Source: Cenarchaeum sp. (GTDB lineage: Archaea; Thermoproteota; Nitrososphaeria; Nitrososphaerales; Nitrosopumilaceae). Taken from it: DNA of 64,000 nucleotides. The position numbers were made by a program, and so were the translations under genes. Where the stretch lies: the NCBI GenBank assembly GCA_965212015.1, contig OZ243037.1:992001-1056000 (forward strand), read 5' to 3'. Position 1 is the first letter of the stretch; each line of letters begins with the position of its first letter. Positions 27,714 to 37,646 of the stretch are shown here, piece after piece. A model generated the notes under the pieces. The model was not told the DNA's origin. It saw only the letters and a program-made list of their open reading frames with translations, and did no database searches.

Positions 27714-29594
27714 TTGCGACTAGTAATATCCGTGTTGATTGCTGCTGCGCTTGCGGCAGGCCTGGGCCACGCCGGCGCAGTGATGTACCAGAGCGAGTAT
27801 GCGGTACTGGACATCAGGGAGCCGTTTGAGACTGCACACTGGAGCGACGGCACGGTCATGTCGACTAGCACCACGGTGGACGGGTTTGTGACCATAGGCG
27901 GCAACGACTACCGGGTGAAAAACGTAAAGGCCCAGGTTTTGGGCGATTCAATCGTGTTTAGCACCGAGAGCATTACCGCATACATGACAAAGCACCGGGG
28001 CGGATGGGACATTAGCGCCCACACGTATGATCCGGGGCAAAACAAGCTGGTTTCGTCGTCCACAAAGACCGCAGCAGACAAGCCTGTCGTCAAAACGACG
28101 GAGGAAACGCCGGAGGAGATAAAGACGGTACAGGGCGGCGAGGCAAAGCTGGACGGAAAGAACCTAAAGGTGCTCATAGACAACCCGGTAAGGACCAGAC
28201 TATACCAGACCTTTACCGTGGAGGTGACCATATACGATACGGACATAAACTCCCAGCCGGAGCTGTTCCCGCATAATGGCGGGCTGGTAAACGACATTCC
28301 GGTAAAGGTGTCCCTTACCGGCAAGATTGACGGCAAAAAGCTGGTCGAAAAGGGCGGCGTTACCAAAAAGGGGGTGTATGACTTTGAATATTACTGGAAG
28401 TTCAGCGACGTCAGGCAAGAGTACGCCGTGCTAGTAGACGTCGATGATGGCGGATTTACCAAGACCGTAAAGACGTACTATTACGGGTTTATAGACGATT
28501 TGGTCTCAGACGTGACGCCGCCGATGTTCATGCCGCCGCCGATGAATCGTACTATAGTGCAAGGCGAGTCGATAAAAATCGAGGGCAATATGATGAGCGG
28601 TTATATAATAAACAGCAGTAGAATAGAGGCCAACGGCACGAAAACCCCCGTGGACATTTGGGAGGTAGAGCATAGTAATGGCACCGTGACCAGAGTAAAT
28701 GCAATAGACTTTGTGGATCCGAATCCGATAATATTGAATAGTTTGGGAATCGATGATGAGGGTGATGATGGAATTGGCATGTTTAAGCTAGGCAATCATA
28801 CAATAATGTGGAATGCCATGGACTTTAAAGAGAATACGTCATACGCAACACAGATGATTATCGTAGAGGACACTACGCCGCCGGAGCTTACGATACCAAT
28901 GGATAGTACGAGAGAGGCGAAAAATCAGACCAACACTCTTACAATATTGAACATTACCAATGCCATTGAAGGCGAGATGCCAGATTTAGTCTCCGCAGTG
29001 GATATAGTGGATGGAGAGGTAATGCATATAGGCAGTATGAATAAAACGGTGTCAGAAAATGGAAAAATGACATTAATGCACAATTTCACGACGGGAAATT
29101 ATAAATTGAACAATGCTAATCCATCAATCACAATACCGATACTGTGGAATGCCACAGATGCTAGTGGAAATTCAGCGTTTGGAATACAAAATGTCACATT
29201 AAACGACACGGCTCCTCCTATGTTTGTTGAAAATGGTACGGTGATATATGTAGAAGATATGATGGTGATGAATTCAACAGGTACGAAGGATAATCCAGTG
29301 TTATTGATGGATATCGTTAGGATGACCCCAGTCATGCTGGAGGAGATTATGATTATGATGGGAACAGTCATGCTGAATAACACCGTAATATTCAATGCGA
29401 CGGATCTCGTGGATCCGAATCCCACTATAACTCCGACTTATGAGCCAGAAATTCCAGAGGATGCATCCTCAATAAGCAACACCACCATAACATGGAAGGC
29501 CACAGATTTCAACGGAAATTCGAATTTCGCAATGCAAACAATCACAATAACAAATTCAAGTACAAGTTCAGAGTCAGATACAGAAGATCCATAA
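27714..29594 (+). CDS. secreted protein with three HYR/Ig-like repeats (626 aa)
   Basis: Signal peptide; three repeats starting D[VT][TA]PP and ending W.A[MT]D...N.....Q.[IV].[VLI]. Confidence 0.8.
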   Translation: MRLVISVLIAAALAAGLGHAGAVMYQSEYAVLDIREPFETAHWSDGTVMSTSTTVDGFVTIGGNDYRVKNVKAQVLGDSIVFSTESITAYMTKHRGGWDISAHTYDPGQNKLVSSSTKTAADKPVVKTTEETPEEIKTVQGGEAKLDGKNLKVLIDNPVRTRLYQTFTVEVTIYDTDINSQPELFPHNGGLVNDIPVKVSLTGKIDGKKLVEKGGVTKKGVYDFEYYWKFSDVRQEYAVLVDVDDGGFTKTVKTYYYGFIDDLVSDVTPPMFMPPPMNRTIVQGESIKIEGNMMSGYIINSSRIEANGTKTPVDIWEVEHSNGTVTRVNAIDFVDPNPIILNSLGIDDEGDDGIGMFKLGNHTIMWNAMDFKENTSYATQMIIVEDTTPPELTIPMDSTREAKNQTNTLTILNITNAIEGEMPDLVSAVDIVDGEVMHIGSMNKTVSENGKMTLMHNFTTGNYKLNNANPSITIPILWNATDASGNSAFGIQNVTLNDTAPPMFVENGTVIYVEDMMVMNSTGTKDNPVLLMDIVRMTPVMLEEIMIMMGTVMLNNTVIFNATDLVDPNPTITPTYEPEIPEDASSISNTTITWKATDFNGNSNFAMQTITITNSSTSSESDTEDP

Positions 29595-29613
29595 TACGCC
29601 GGTTAGCCGGGAG

Positions 29614-31056
29614 TCACTCTGTCAGTTCCTTGACCCTGCGCGACAGCTCATCCAGAGAATTTGATATCTCATTATCCCGCCTCGTAATCTCGGTGCGCCG
29701 CGCGTTTATCGTCTTTTTCCTGGCCCGTATCATGCGCCTCTGCTCTGCAAACCCCGACGAGCCCTGCGATGTCCTGTCACGAAGCGACGAGGAGACCGTA
29801 ACTGAGTGCAGAATTTCTGCAATCACGCCAGAGTCCACGCCCTCAATCTCGCCGGGCGTGATCTTATTCAGCGGCTTTTTTGACTCGTGGGCCTGCTGCA
29901 CCAGGCGGCCAGTTATCTTGTGCGCGGTCCGAAACGGGACCCCCCGCTGCACTAGCTTTTCTGCAATGTCAAGGGCCACAAGATATCCGCCACGGGCGGC
30001 CTTTGCCATCGCCTTTTCATTTACGTAAAGCGTCAGCAGTACTGACTTTACCATTACGAGTGCGCCTATCGCATCGCGGGACGCGCCCCAGACCGGCGAC
30101 TTTATCTCCTGCAAATCCCGGCCGTATCCGCTGGCCAATCCCTTGAGCGAGGAGAGCACGCCGACAAGGCCGCCTGTCGCGCGCGCAGTCTTGCCGCGCA
30201 CCAGCTCCATTACGTCGGGGTTTTTCTTTTGCGGCATTACGCTGGAGGGCGAGGCAAACTCGTCGGCAAGCTCGATAAACGAGAACTCCGTGCTGGACCA
30301 TATCACAAAGTCCTCGGCAAGCCTGCTCATGTTGGTCATCATTATGCATATGGCAGACATGTATTCGGCCACAAAGTCCCTCGCACTTGTGGCGTCAAGC
30401 GAGTTCTCCACCAGGCCGCAGAATCCCAGCAGCTTTGCAGTCGTGTTGCGGTCAATTGGCAGGCTTGTTCCCCCCACGGGGCCCGCCCCAAGCGGGCTCT
30501 GGTTTACTCGCGCAAACACCTCGGATAACCTCTCCAAATCGCGCAGCAGCGCGTCGGCGTGCGCCAAAAGATAGTGCGAAAACGTGCCGGCCTGCGCCTG
30601 CTGCAGGTGCGTGTAAAGCGGCATTACGGTTTTTTTGTGCCTGTCGGCAAGCGAGACTAGCGCCTCTATCGCATCCAAAAGGCAGCCGCACGCAATGTTA
30701 ATGTCATCACGCATCTTCATCCTCATGTCAAGGGCGACCTGGTCGTTTCTGGAGCGGGCAGTGTGCATCCTTCCGCCGTGCTCGGGGCCCGCCCTTTTTA
30801 TCACGGCGGCCTCTATCTGCTCGTGAATGTCCTCAGAACCGTCCACGACTGGTCCTGCGTCTTTTATCTCCAAAAGGGCGCCTAGTATCCTTTTTGCGCT
30901 CTCGGCAGTTATCAGATCATTTTCGTACAGCATTATAACGTGGGCCTGGCTGCCCAGAATGTCGTATATGGCAATCTCAGAGTCGTCTGATACGGATGAG
31001 ACAAAATCAAGCGTAATCCCGCCTAGATCGTTTCCAAGTCTGGATCGGTACAACAC
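29614..31056 (-). CDS. argH: argininosuccinate lyase
   Basis: HTARSRNDQVA, YTHLQQAQ, SSVMPQKKNPD, GVPFRTAH. Confidence 0.96.
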   Translation of the reverse strand: MLYRSRLGNDLGGITLDFVSSVSDDSEIAIYDILGSQAHVIMLYENDLITAESAKRILGALLEIKDAGPVVDGSEDIHEQIEAAVIKRAGPEHGGRMHTARSRNDQVALDMRMKMRDDINIACGCLLDAIEALVSLADRHKKTVMPLYTHLQQAQAGTFSHYLLAHADALLRDLERLSEVFARVNQSPLGAGPVGGTSLPIDRNTTAKLLGFCGLVENSLDATSARDFVAEYMSAICIMMTNMSRLAEDFVIWSSTEFSFIELADEFASPSSVMPQKKNPDVMELVRGKTARATGGLVGVLSSLKGLASGYGRDLQEIKSPVWGASRDAIGALVMVKSVLLTLYVNEKAMAKAARGGYLVALDIAEKLVQRGVPFRTAHKITGRLVQQAHESKKPLNKITPGEIEGVDSGVIAEILHSVTVSSSLRDRTSQGSSGFAEQRRMIRARKKTINARRTEITRRDNEISNSLDELSRRVKELTE

Positions 31057-31101
31057 TGGGATTCTTGAATGGTTATATATAGCATAAACGCTTTGCCATT
31101 C

Positions 31102-31416
31102 ATGACACAGGACATAAAGCAGCTGCGCGTAAAGATCTTCGATGAGCTCTCAAAGATTGTCGATCCAGAGATAAACACGACAATAACTGAGCTGGAGCTG
31201 ATCGACGAGGTGGACATTGCCGACTCTACAGTCAAAGTCGACTTGCACCTGACCAGCCCGTTCTGCCCGGCAGTCTTTGGCTTTAAGATCTGCCAGGACA
31301 TACACGACAACCTCCTAAAGGTGGACGGAATAGACGACGTAAAGGTGAACGTCTCGAATCACTTTATGGCAGAGCAGATAAACAACCAGGTAAACAACAG
31401 TCCAAAGCCGCAATAG
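31102..31416 (+). CDS. DUF59/SufT-like Fe-S assembly protein
   Basis: IVDPEI...LELID...LTSPFCP motif. Confidence 0.88.
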   Translation: MTQDIKQLRVKIFDELSKIVDPEINTTITELELIDEVDIADSTVKVDLHLTSPFCPAVFGFKICQDIHDNLLKVDGIDDVKVNVSNHFMAEQINNQVNNSPKPQ

Positions 31417-31561
31417 GGTTCTGCTATACCCGGCAATCCGGGGGGTGCAGAGGCCCATATCGACACAGTCAGAGTTTTTCCATATCATTTATGGACAAAA
31501 TCAGCTGTGCGGTGCAATGTTTGGTATCGCTATACTCATAGTCAGGGAAACAGTTTCGGAT

Positions 31562-32365
31562 TCATATAGTTTGGCAGTCACAGGCCCCCCTGTTTTTTAA
31601 AAACAATGACGATCTAAGGTATAATTCCCAAATCCAGTACCATAACTCACTATCGGGATTAATCGGCTCGACATTGAGTTTCAAAACGTTTTTTGCCTCT
31701 GTATAATCTATAACTTTGCCGTGGGATTTGTACGTCTTGCCGTCAGATAGCCAAGTGGCCACTTGCTTTGCTTGTTTTTCATCGTCTTTTAACATGTACC
31801 GTGAAAGCCAAGTGGATGCAAAGCATTTTGCGTCATCTATGGCGGATTGACATATGGAAATCAATTCAGGTCTTACTTGTTGTAGCATGGACAGATACAT
31901 GTTAGGAGGATCACCTTCTCTGACGTTTTTTCTTACAAATTCCAAACCATCGATGAAAGAACGTGCTGGAATGGGAGGTTCTGATCGATTGAGTGAAATC
32001 TGAGGATCAATTGGTCCCAGTTCTGCCAAATATCCCATCATGATTTTATCCGCACCCAGACACATCATCGTAGCCGCACTTTTTGCAAAGTTTGGTATGA
32101 TGATTGTGAAATTTTCGGTAAATCGTTTTCTGCACATAATTAGTAATTTTTCAGCAGCATTGCCATTACCACCATTAGAATTTACAATCAAAATGCCTTT
32201 TTTAGAATCGCCTACCGAACGTAACATTTCTTCAAAATAGGTAGTATCATGCAAACCTATACCGGAGAAGGGATGTTCAGGATTTTCAATATAAGATATT
32301 AATTTCCCGCCTAATTTTTTCTCGATTAATTGAATTAATTTTTTGCGAGAGATGTGAATGCCCAT
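31562..32365 (-). CDS. S49/ClpP-like serine protease (SDH_sah/DUF114 type), low GC, probably frameshifted near its 3' end
   Basis: VNSNGG...AAEK, IIPNFAKSAATMMCLGADKIMMG...ELGPIDPQI, KSHGKVI. Confidence 0.82.
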   Translation of the reverse strand: MGIHISRKKLIQLIEKKLGGKLISYIENPEHPFSGIGLHDTTYFEEMLRSVGDSKKGILIVNSNGGNGNAAEKLLIMCRKRFTENFTIIIPNFAKSAATMMCLGADKIMMGYLAELGPIDPQISLNRSEPPIPARSFIDGLEFVRKNVREGDPPNMYLSMLQQVRPELISICQSAIDDAKCFASTWLSRYMLKDDEKQAKQVATWLSDGKTYKSHGKVIDYTEAKNVLKLNVEPINPDSELWYWIWELYLRSSLFLKNRGACDCQTI

Positions 32366-32404
32366 TTAATGTTTGAGTAAAAATTGGATCCTTGATAATG
32401 TCTT

Positions 32405-32554
32405 TCAAATGTTTGAGACCACGTCATAGGATCTATATACCATTTTGGGTTTTGTACTCAGTTTTTCCAGAATGTCCTGTAATTCCTTAAGTTCGTTATT
32501 GCCGTTTTTTCCCTGTTCCACTATTGATCCTACAAATTCCTTCAAATCAGACAT
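32405..32554 (-). CDS. 49-aa low-GC ORF upstream of the S49 protease
   Basis: Manual translation MSDLKEFVGSIVEQGKNGNNELKELQDILEKLSTKPKMVYRSYDVVSNI*; TATA-like TTTTTAAATA about 20 nt upstream. Confidence 0.5.
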   Translation of the reverse strand: MSDLKEFVGSIVEQGKNGNNELKELQDILEKLSTKPKMVYRSYDVVSNI

Positions 32555-32597
32555 GTTATCTAGGCAGTATTGGTATTTAAAAATGTATGTCTCTTGT

Positions 32598-32657
32598 GTA
32601 AGCGGCTAGGTCCGGTGCCCGCAGAGCCAAGTATCCCTCCCGAATCTGACTGATTAC
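32598..32657 (-). repeat. inverted, diverged full-length copy of the 60-bp palindromic element
   Basis: Reverse complement GTAATCAGTCAGATTCGGGAGGGATACTTGGCTCTGCGGGCACCGGACCTAGCCGCTTAC aligns ungapped to 14409-14468 at 47/60. Confidence 0.85.
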
Positions 32658-32767
32658 TCGTTTGTACATCACGCCATGCAAGACACCCGTGATGCAAAGT
32701 TTGAACCTGGTCGCAGTGGGGCATTACCACTCATTTTGCCCGACGGTGAATTCCAGCCGGCAATGGC

Positions 32768-33514
32768 TCACTTTTTAAAGCCAAGCAGGTATCCGCGTAA
32801 TAGCTGTATTCCCATGGCGGGATCGACGCCCTTTGGGCACACCTGGCTGCACGAGCCGGCAAAATGGCACCGGCATATGCCGTGCGAGTCGTCAATTACC
32901 TTGAGCCTGTCGTCCTTGCCCCTGTCGCGGCTGTCAGCCACGTACCTGTATGCCTGCGCTAGCGCCTGCGGGCCGATGAATGACGAGTCCGTCGCCATCG
33001 TGGGGCACGCAGAATTGCACAGGCCGCACTTTATGCAGCCAGAAAACTGCACAAACCGGTCTAGCTCCTCGGGGCTTTGCAAAAGCTCCTTTGGGTTCTC
33101 CGGTACCGCATCATCCCGTATAAGGTACGGCTTTAGCCTGTGGTGGGTCTCAAACATCCGATCAAAGCGCACCGCCAGATCGCGCATTACTGGAAAGTTC
33201 TTCATGGGCTCGACTGTTATGGTGTCGGAGTTTAGCTCGTCTATCTTTGTAAAGCACGCAAGGCGCGGCCTGCCGTTGATTATCATGCCGCAAGAGCCGC
33301 ACGTGGCCTGCCTGCACGAGTACCTCACCCCGATGCCGTGATCCAGGTTGTTTTTCACGTACAGTATGGCATCAAGCACGGTGGTCCATTTTTGCACGGG
33401 AACCTGGAATTGCGCGAACTTTCTTTTTTCGTCCGTGTCCGGGTTGTACCTTGCAATCCTTACCGTTATCATCCGGGACGGGGCTGGCCGCACCTCCGCA
33501 GGCTGTAGCGTCAT
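32768..33514 (-). CDS. sdhB: succinate dehydrogenase Fe-S subunit
   Basis: YSCRQATCGSC, CIKCGLCNSACP, CHFAGSCSQVCP. Confidence 0.96.
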   Translation of the reverse strand: MTLQPAEVRPAPSRMITVRIARYNPDTDEKRKFAQFQVPVQKWTTVLDAILYVKNNLDHGIGVRYSCRQATCGSCGMIINGRPRLACFTKIDELNSDTITVEPMKNFPVMRDLAVRFDRMFETHHRLKPYLIRDDAVPENPKELLQSPEELDRFVQFSGCIKCGLCNSACPTMATDSSFIGPQALAQAYRYVADSRDRGKDDRLKVIDDSHGICRCHFAGSCSQVCPKGVDPAMGIQLLRGYLLGFKK

Positions 33515-33858
33515 GCTATTCCCCCGGTACTGGCGATAAATATAGTTCGCGAACCGTACGCAATCACGGCTATCATTGCCGCTACACAGCCGTACGAGAC
33601 TGCCTTTTCGTACCTTTGTCCCTGCCTCAGCTCAAGCAGGATGACCCTCAGGCCGTTAAAGCCGTGTATGGAGAGCAGCACCAGTATTATCTCGAGCATT
33701 CCCGCGTACGGCAGGAACTGATAGTTTGCAATCACGTTTTCGTACTCGAGGGATTCCGAAAAGTCCTTTGTCAGCCTGAACAGTATGTGGACTGCCACCA
33801 GCGCCACGGCGCCTAGCGCAGTCCCATAGTGGACCTTCATTATGGTGCTCTCCCTCAA
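33511..33858 (-). CDS. sdhD: succinate dehydrogenase membrane anchor subunit D
   Basis: TTG start overlapping the sdhC stop; three hydrophobic helices; HGFNGLRVIL. Confidence 0.85.
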   Translation of the reverse strand: MRESTIMKVHYGTALGAVALVAVHILFRLTKDFSESLEYENVIANYQFLPYAGMLEIILVLLSIHGFNGLRVILLELRQGQRYEKAVSYGCVAAMIAVIAYGSRTIFIASTGGIA

Positions 33859-34292
33859 GGCACACCACCGAACATCACCGAAAGGCCGTACATCATTGCG
33901 GCGGCGGCAAGGACTATGGACGAGTATATGCCGATCTTGTGCCTTGCGTTCTGGGATCTGGGCGAGTACGGATAGTCCGGCCTCGCAGGCCTGCCGACGC
34001 CCACGCCGCCGTGGCCCAGCATTACGCGTATTCCGTTGGCAGTATGAAAGACGCACATTCCAATCACGATTGCAAGCACGATATGCCCCTCTGTAGTCTG
34101 CGTCATTGCGATCAGCTCGTCCCACCCTGCCTTGCCGCGCAGTATGTTGCTAGTCTCGTAAATGTGCGCCACAAAATACGCCAGCAGCCCGAGGCCGCTG
34201 AGCCGCATCAGCCAGTAGGCCACCCGCTCTATGCCGTAGCGCCGGGGGTTTGCCATCCCGCGGATTCCCTCGTTGTTTGGACTCTCCGACAT
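33855..34292 (-). CDS. sdhC: succinate dehydrogenase cytochrome b subunit C
   Basis: WLMRLSGLGLL.YF..HI, FHTANGIRVML; operon position. Confidence 0.9.
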   Translation of the reverse strand: MSESPNNEGIRGMANPRRYGIERVAYWLMRLSGLGLLAYFVAHIYETSNILRGKAGWDELIAMTQTTEGHIVLAIVIGMCVFHTANGIRVMLGHGGVGVGRPARPDYPYSPRSQNARHKIGIYSSIVLAAAAMMYGLSVMFGGVP

Positions 34293-36004
34293 TAGTACTT
34301 CCTCTCTACTGGCTGGTAATTAGTTATCGTCACGGGGTGCGTCTTCATTATGGGCTCATTTGGATCATAATAGGCAAGCGTGTGGTGCATAAAGTGCGCA
34401 TCGTCCCTCCCCGTATAGTCAGTCCTGGCATGGGCCCCGCGCGATTCGCGCCTGTTTATGGCCCCGATCAGCACTATTTCCGAGGCCCGGAACATGGAAT
34501 CAAGCTCCATTACGTTGCTAAAGTTGGTATTGTACCGCTTTTCCTGGTCATCCACGTGCTTCCAGCTCTGATCGCGGAGCTGCCTTATCTTTTTCAGGCC
34601 CTCTGTCAGGTCGCGCTCGTTTCTGTACACGTACGCCTTTTCGTTCATCGTATCAGTCAGGGCCTGCCTTATCTCGTACGGGTTGACCCCGCCCTTGCCC
34701 CGGAATATTCCGTCATAGATTCTCTTTTCCTCAAGAGTGACAAGGTGGTGCGGAAACGGTATGTCGGTAAATCCTTTTTCAATATAGTCCACTGCCAGCT
34801 CGCCTGTTATCTTTCCCCACACAATACACTCGGATGTAGAGTTGGCGCCGAGCCGGTTGGAGCCGTGCGTGCTGTTGCATGCGGCCTCGCCTGCGGCCCA
34901 GACGCCGGCAAGCTCAGTTGCGCCGTCAATGTCGGTGTGTATGCCGCCCATCATGTAGTGGCATACGGGCCTGATGTCAAGTATGTCCTCTGCGGGATCT
35001 ATCCCCGAGAACTTTATGGAAATCTCCCTGATGCCGCCGAGCTTTTCCTTGATTATCTCGTCGCCCACGTGGCGCAGGTCAAGCTTCATACAGTCGACGC
35101 CGGTCTCGTGCTTGAACCCCCGGCCCTCGTTGATTTCCGTGATTATCGATCTGGACACAATGTCCCTCGGGGCCAGCTCCATCTTGCCGGGTGCGTACCT
35201 CTTCATGAACCGCTCCCCCTTACTGTTGACCAGGTGTCCGCCCTCGCCCCTTGCGCCCTCTGTAATTAGTATCCCCGACGGCAGTATTCCGGTGGGATGA
35301 AACTGTACAAACTCCATGTCCTTGAGTGCAATGCCGGCCCGGTACGCCATGTCCAGCCCGTCAGGCGTCGAGGAGTGCGCGTACGTCGAAAAGCTGTACA
35401 GCCGTCCGGCCCCGCCGGTTGCAATTATCAGCGCCTTTGCCTTTATGGCGTAAAACGTTCCAGACGACAGCTCGATTGCCGTTATTCCCAGAAACCGCTG
35501 CCCGTCGTGTATTATCGAGGTGGCAAACCACTCGTTGAGGTACTCTATGTTTTCGAATTTTTGGCACGTGTCATATAGTGTCTGCATCTCGTAGAATCCC
35601 ACCTTGTCAGACGCATACGTCGCCCGGGGATAGCTGTACCCCCCAAACGCCCTCTGATCAATCCTGCCGTCCTTTCGCCGCGACCACGGCATGCCCCAGC
35701 GGTCGAGCTGGTATATCTCCCTGGGCATCTCGCGGCAGAGCCGCTCTACTACGTCCTGGTCTGCCAGAAAGTCGCTGCCCTTTATGGTGTCATAAATGTG
35801 GGACTCTATCGAGTCGCCCTCGTCTTGCGCAATTACCGCCGCAGTGCCGCCCTCGGCAGAGACCGAATGCGAGCGCATGACCTGCACCTTTGAGACGACG
35901 CCGATCCTGATCTTTGGGTTTTTCTGCGCAGCCGAGATGGCGGCCCTCAGGCCCGCCAGGCCGGAGCCGCAGATGACAAGATCATACTCTATGGATTCCG
36001 TCAA
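34292..36004 (-). CDS. sdhA: succinate dehydrogenase flavoprotein subunit
   Basis: GSGLAGLRAA, RSHSVSAEGG, QFHPTG, HYMMGG, HGSNRLGANS, RESRGAH; probable TTG start at 36004. Confidence 0.96.
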   Translation of the reverse strand: MTESIEYDLVICGSGLAGLRAAISAAQKNPKIRIGVVSKVQVMRSHSVSAEGGTAAVIAQDEGDSIESHIYDTIKGSDFLADQDVVERLCREMPREIYQLDRWGMPWSRRKDGRIDQRAFGGYSYPRATYASDKVGFYEMQTLYDTCQKFENIEYLNEWFATSIIHDGQRFLGITAIELSSGTFYAIKAKALIIATGGAGRLYSFSTYAHSSTPDGLDMAYRAGIALKDMEFVQFHPTGILPSGILITEGARGEGGHLVNSKGERFMKRYAPGKMELAPRDIVSRSIITEINEGRGFKHETGVDCMKLDLRHVGDEIIKEKLGGIREISIKFSGIDPAEDILDIRPVCHYMMGGIHTDIDGATELAGVWAAGEAACNSTHGSNRLGANSTSECIVWGKITGELAVDYIEKGFTDIPFPHHLVTLEEKRIYDGIFRGKGGVNPYEIRQALTDTMNEKAYVYRNERDLTEGLKKIRQLRDQSWKHVDDQEKRYNTNFSNVMELDSMFRASEIVLIGAINRRESRGAHARTDYTGRDDAHFMHHTLAYYDPNEPIMKTHPVTITNYQPVERKY

Positions 36005-36107
36005 TTTCAGCCAGACTAGGAACTGGGCGGTTAAATATGTAATAACGCCCCGCGGGCAAGTGCCCGATCTTTTCAAGGCTTTTATTGCATCACGCCACCC
36101 AAGATTG

Positions 36108-36353
36108 ATGATAGACCCAAAGGACGCGTCTGCCGTGGCAGACGTTCTGGCAAAAAACCTGCTCGGCGTGGCCAAAAACCCGGTGAATTTCCAAAAGCTT
36201 CCGGATAGTTTCTGGGGCTATTTTGCAAGGGGGCACGACAAAAAGGGCGGCTTTGGGATTTTTGTGGCATACTCGGAGGACGAGTCGGACATTGACGGCC
36301 TGATAGGCATCTACGAGCAGTGGGTTGCAAAAAACAAGCCAAAAGGGAATTAA
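36108..36353 (+). CDS. small hypothetical protein (81 aa)
   Basis: 3' part of the 35796-36353 ORF, starting at an ATG after TATA-like sequence; abuts the next gene. Confidence 0.65.
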   Translation: MIDPKDASAVADVLAKNLLGVAKNPVNFQKLPDSFWGYFARGHDKKGGFGIFVAYSEDESDIDGLIGIYEQWVAKNKPKGN

Positions 36354-36377
36354 ATGGTCCGGCCCCGTACAAGGGTG

Positions 36378-37241
36378 ATGAAAAAGCTCAGGCAGCTCAT
36401 AAGGCGCGACGGGCCGCTGGTAATTCCGGGCGTCTATGACGCCATCGGCGCCAGGATAGTGCAGAGGACCGGCTTTGAGGCAATGTTTCAGACAGGCTAT
36501 GGCACGTCTGCCACGCTGTTTGGCATGCCAGACTATGGCTTTGTCGGCGCAGCAGAGACTGTCGGAAACGCAAAAAGAATCTGCAGTGCGGTGTCTGCCC
36601 CGGTCATTGTAGACGCAGACACCGGCTATGGAAACGCGCTAAGCGTGTGGAGGCTGGTCAGGGAGCTGGAGGCCGCAGGCGCATCTGGCATGTTCCTTGA
36701 GGATCAAAGGTGGCCAAAAAGGTGCGGGCACATGCAGGGAAAGGAGGTGGTGCCGCGCGAAGAGTATGCAGAAAAGCTGCAGGCCGCAGCAGACGCAAGG
36801 AGCAGCAGGGACTTTATCATTGTCGCGCGGACCGATGCGAGGGCGACAGACGGGCTGGAGGAGGCAATACAGCGCGGCAAGACAAACAAGAAAAACGGGG
36901 CAGACGTGATCTTTATAGAGGCGCCAAAATCCGTCGACGAGATGAGGATCATCGGCAAGTCGATTAACGCGCCGCTGGTGGCAAACATGATCGAAGGCGG
37001 CGGCACGCCGATGAGCTCCGCTGCCTCCCTGCACAGGATGGGCTTCAAGATTGTCCTGTACCCGCTCTCAATCCTGTATGCGAGCACGTTTGCCACACTG
37101 CGCATAATGGGGGAGCTAAAAAGGACGGGAACCACAAGGAGGCTGGAGGGGGAGATGGTGAGCTTTGATCAGTTCAACGATCTGGTGGATCTCCCAAAGT
37201 TCAAAAAGCTCGAAAAAAGATACTCTGGAAAGGATAAATAA
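36378..37241 (+). CDS. prpB: methylisocitrate lyase / ICL-PEP mutase family enzyme
   Basis: PGVYDA, DADTGYG, LEDQRWPKRCGH, VARTDA, FIEAP, ANMIEGG. Confidence 0.85.
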   Translation: MKKLRQLIRRDGPLVIPGVYDAIGARIVQRTGFEAMFQTGYGTSATLFGMPDYGFVGAAETVGNAKRICSAVSAPVIVDADTGYGNALSVWRLVRELEAAGASGMFLEDQRWPKRCGHMQGKEVVPREEYAEKLQAAADARSSRDFIIVARTDARATDGLEEAIQRGKTNKKNGADVIFIEAPKSVDEMRIIGKSINAPLVANMIEGGGTPMSSAASLHRMGFKIVLYPLSILYASTFATLRIMGELKRTGTTRRLEGEMVSFDQFNDLVDLPKFKKLEKRYSGKDK

Positions 37242-37266
37242 AAAATTGTGCAAGTAAAGCACACAA

Positions 37267-37554
37267 CTATGCTGTCTTTCTCTTTACTTCGATCTCTATT
37301 GTTGAAACATTTCTGGATTTGCCGTCATTAGATTCTAGCGTCTCTGATCCGAGGTGAATGTTGCCTATCATATATCCGGCATTTTCGGATTTTCGCACGA
37401 TGATTTGCGATACATCCACGGCGCGTCCGATGCTCATGCCCCTGGCCTTGATGCTAACGGCGGGCAGGTTTGCTAGCTGCATTAGAGTCGATGTCACGTA
37501 TGCCATCAGCGGCTTTTTGCCTATGTAGATGGTGTCTCTTGTTTCAGTTGTCAT
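37267..37554 (-). CDS. albA: Alba chromatin protein
   Basis: IYIGKKPLMAYV, IKARGMSIGRAVDV, RNVSTIEI. Confidence 0.95.
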   Translation of the reverse strand: MTTETRDTIYIGKKPLMAYVTSTLMQLANLPAVSIKARGMSIGRAVDVSQIIVRKSENAGYMIGNIHLGSETLESNDGKSRNVSTIEIEVKRKTA

Positions 37555-37646
37555 GGTACATCAGGCGCCCGTCGATAATTTAAATCTAGGATAGGGATCT
37601 GCCAGAAAACGAGGCTTTTTATGAAAAACACCCCCGTACAGTTCCC

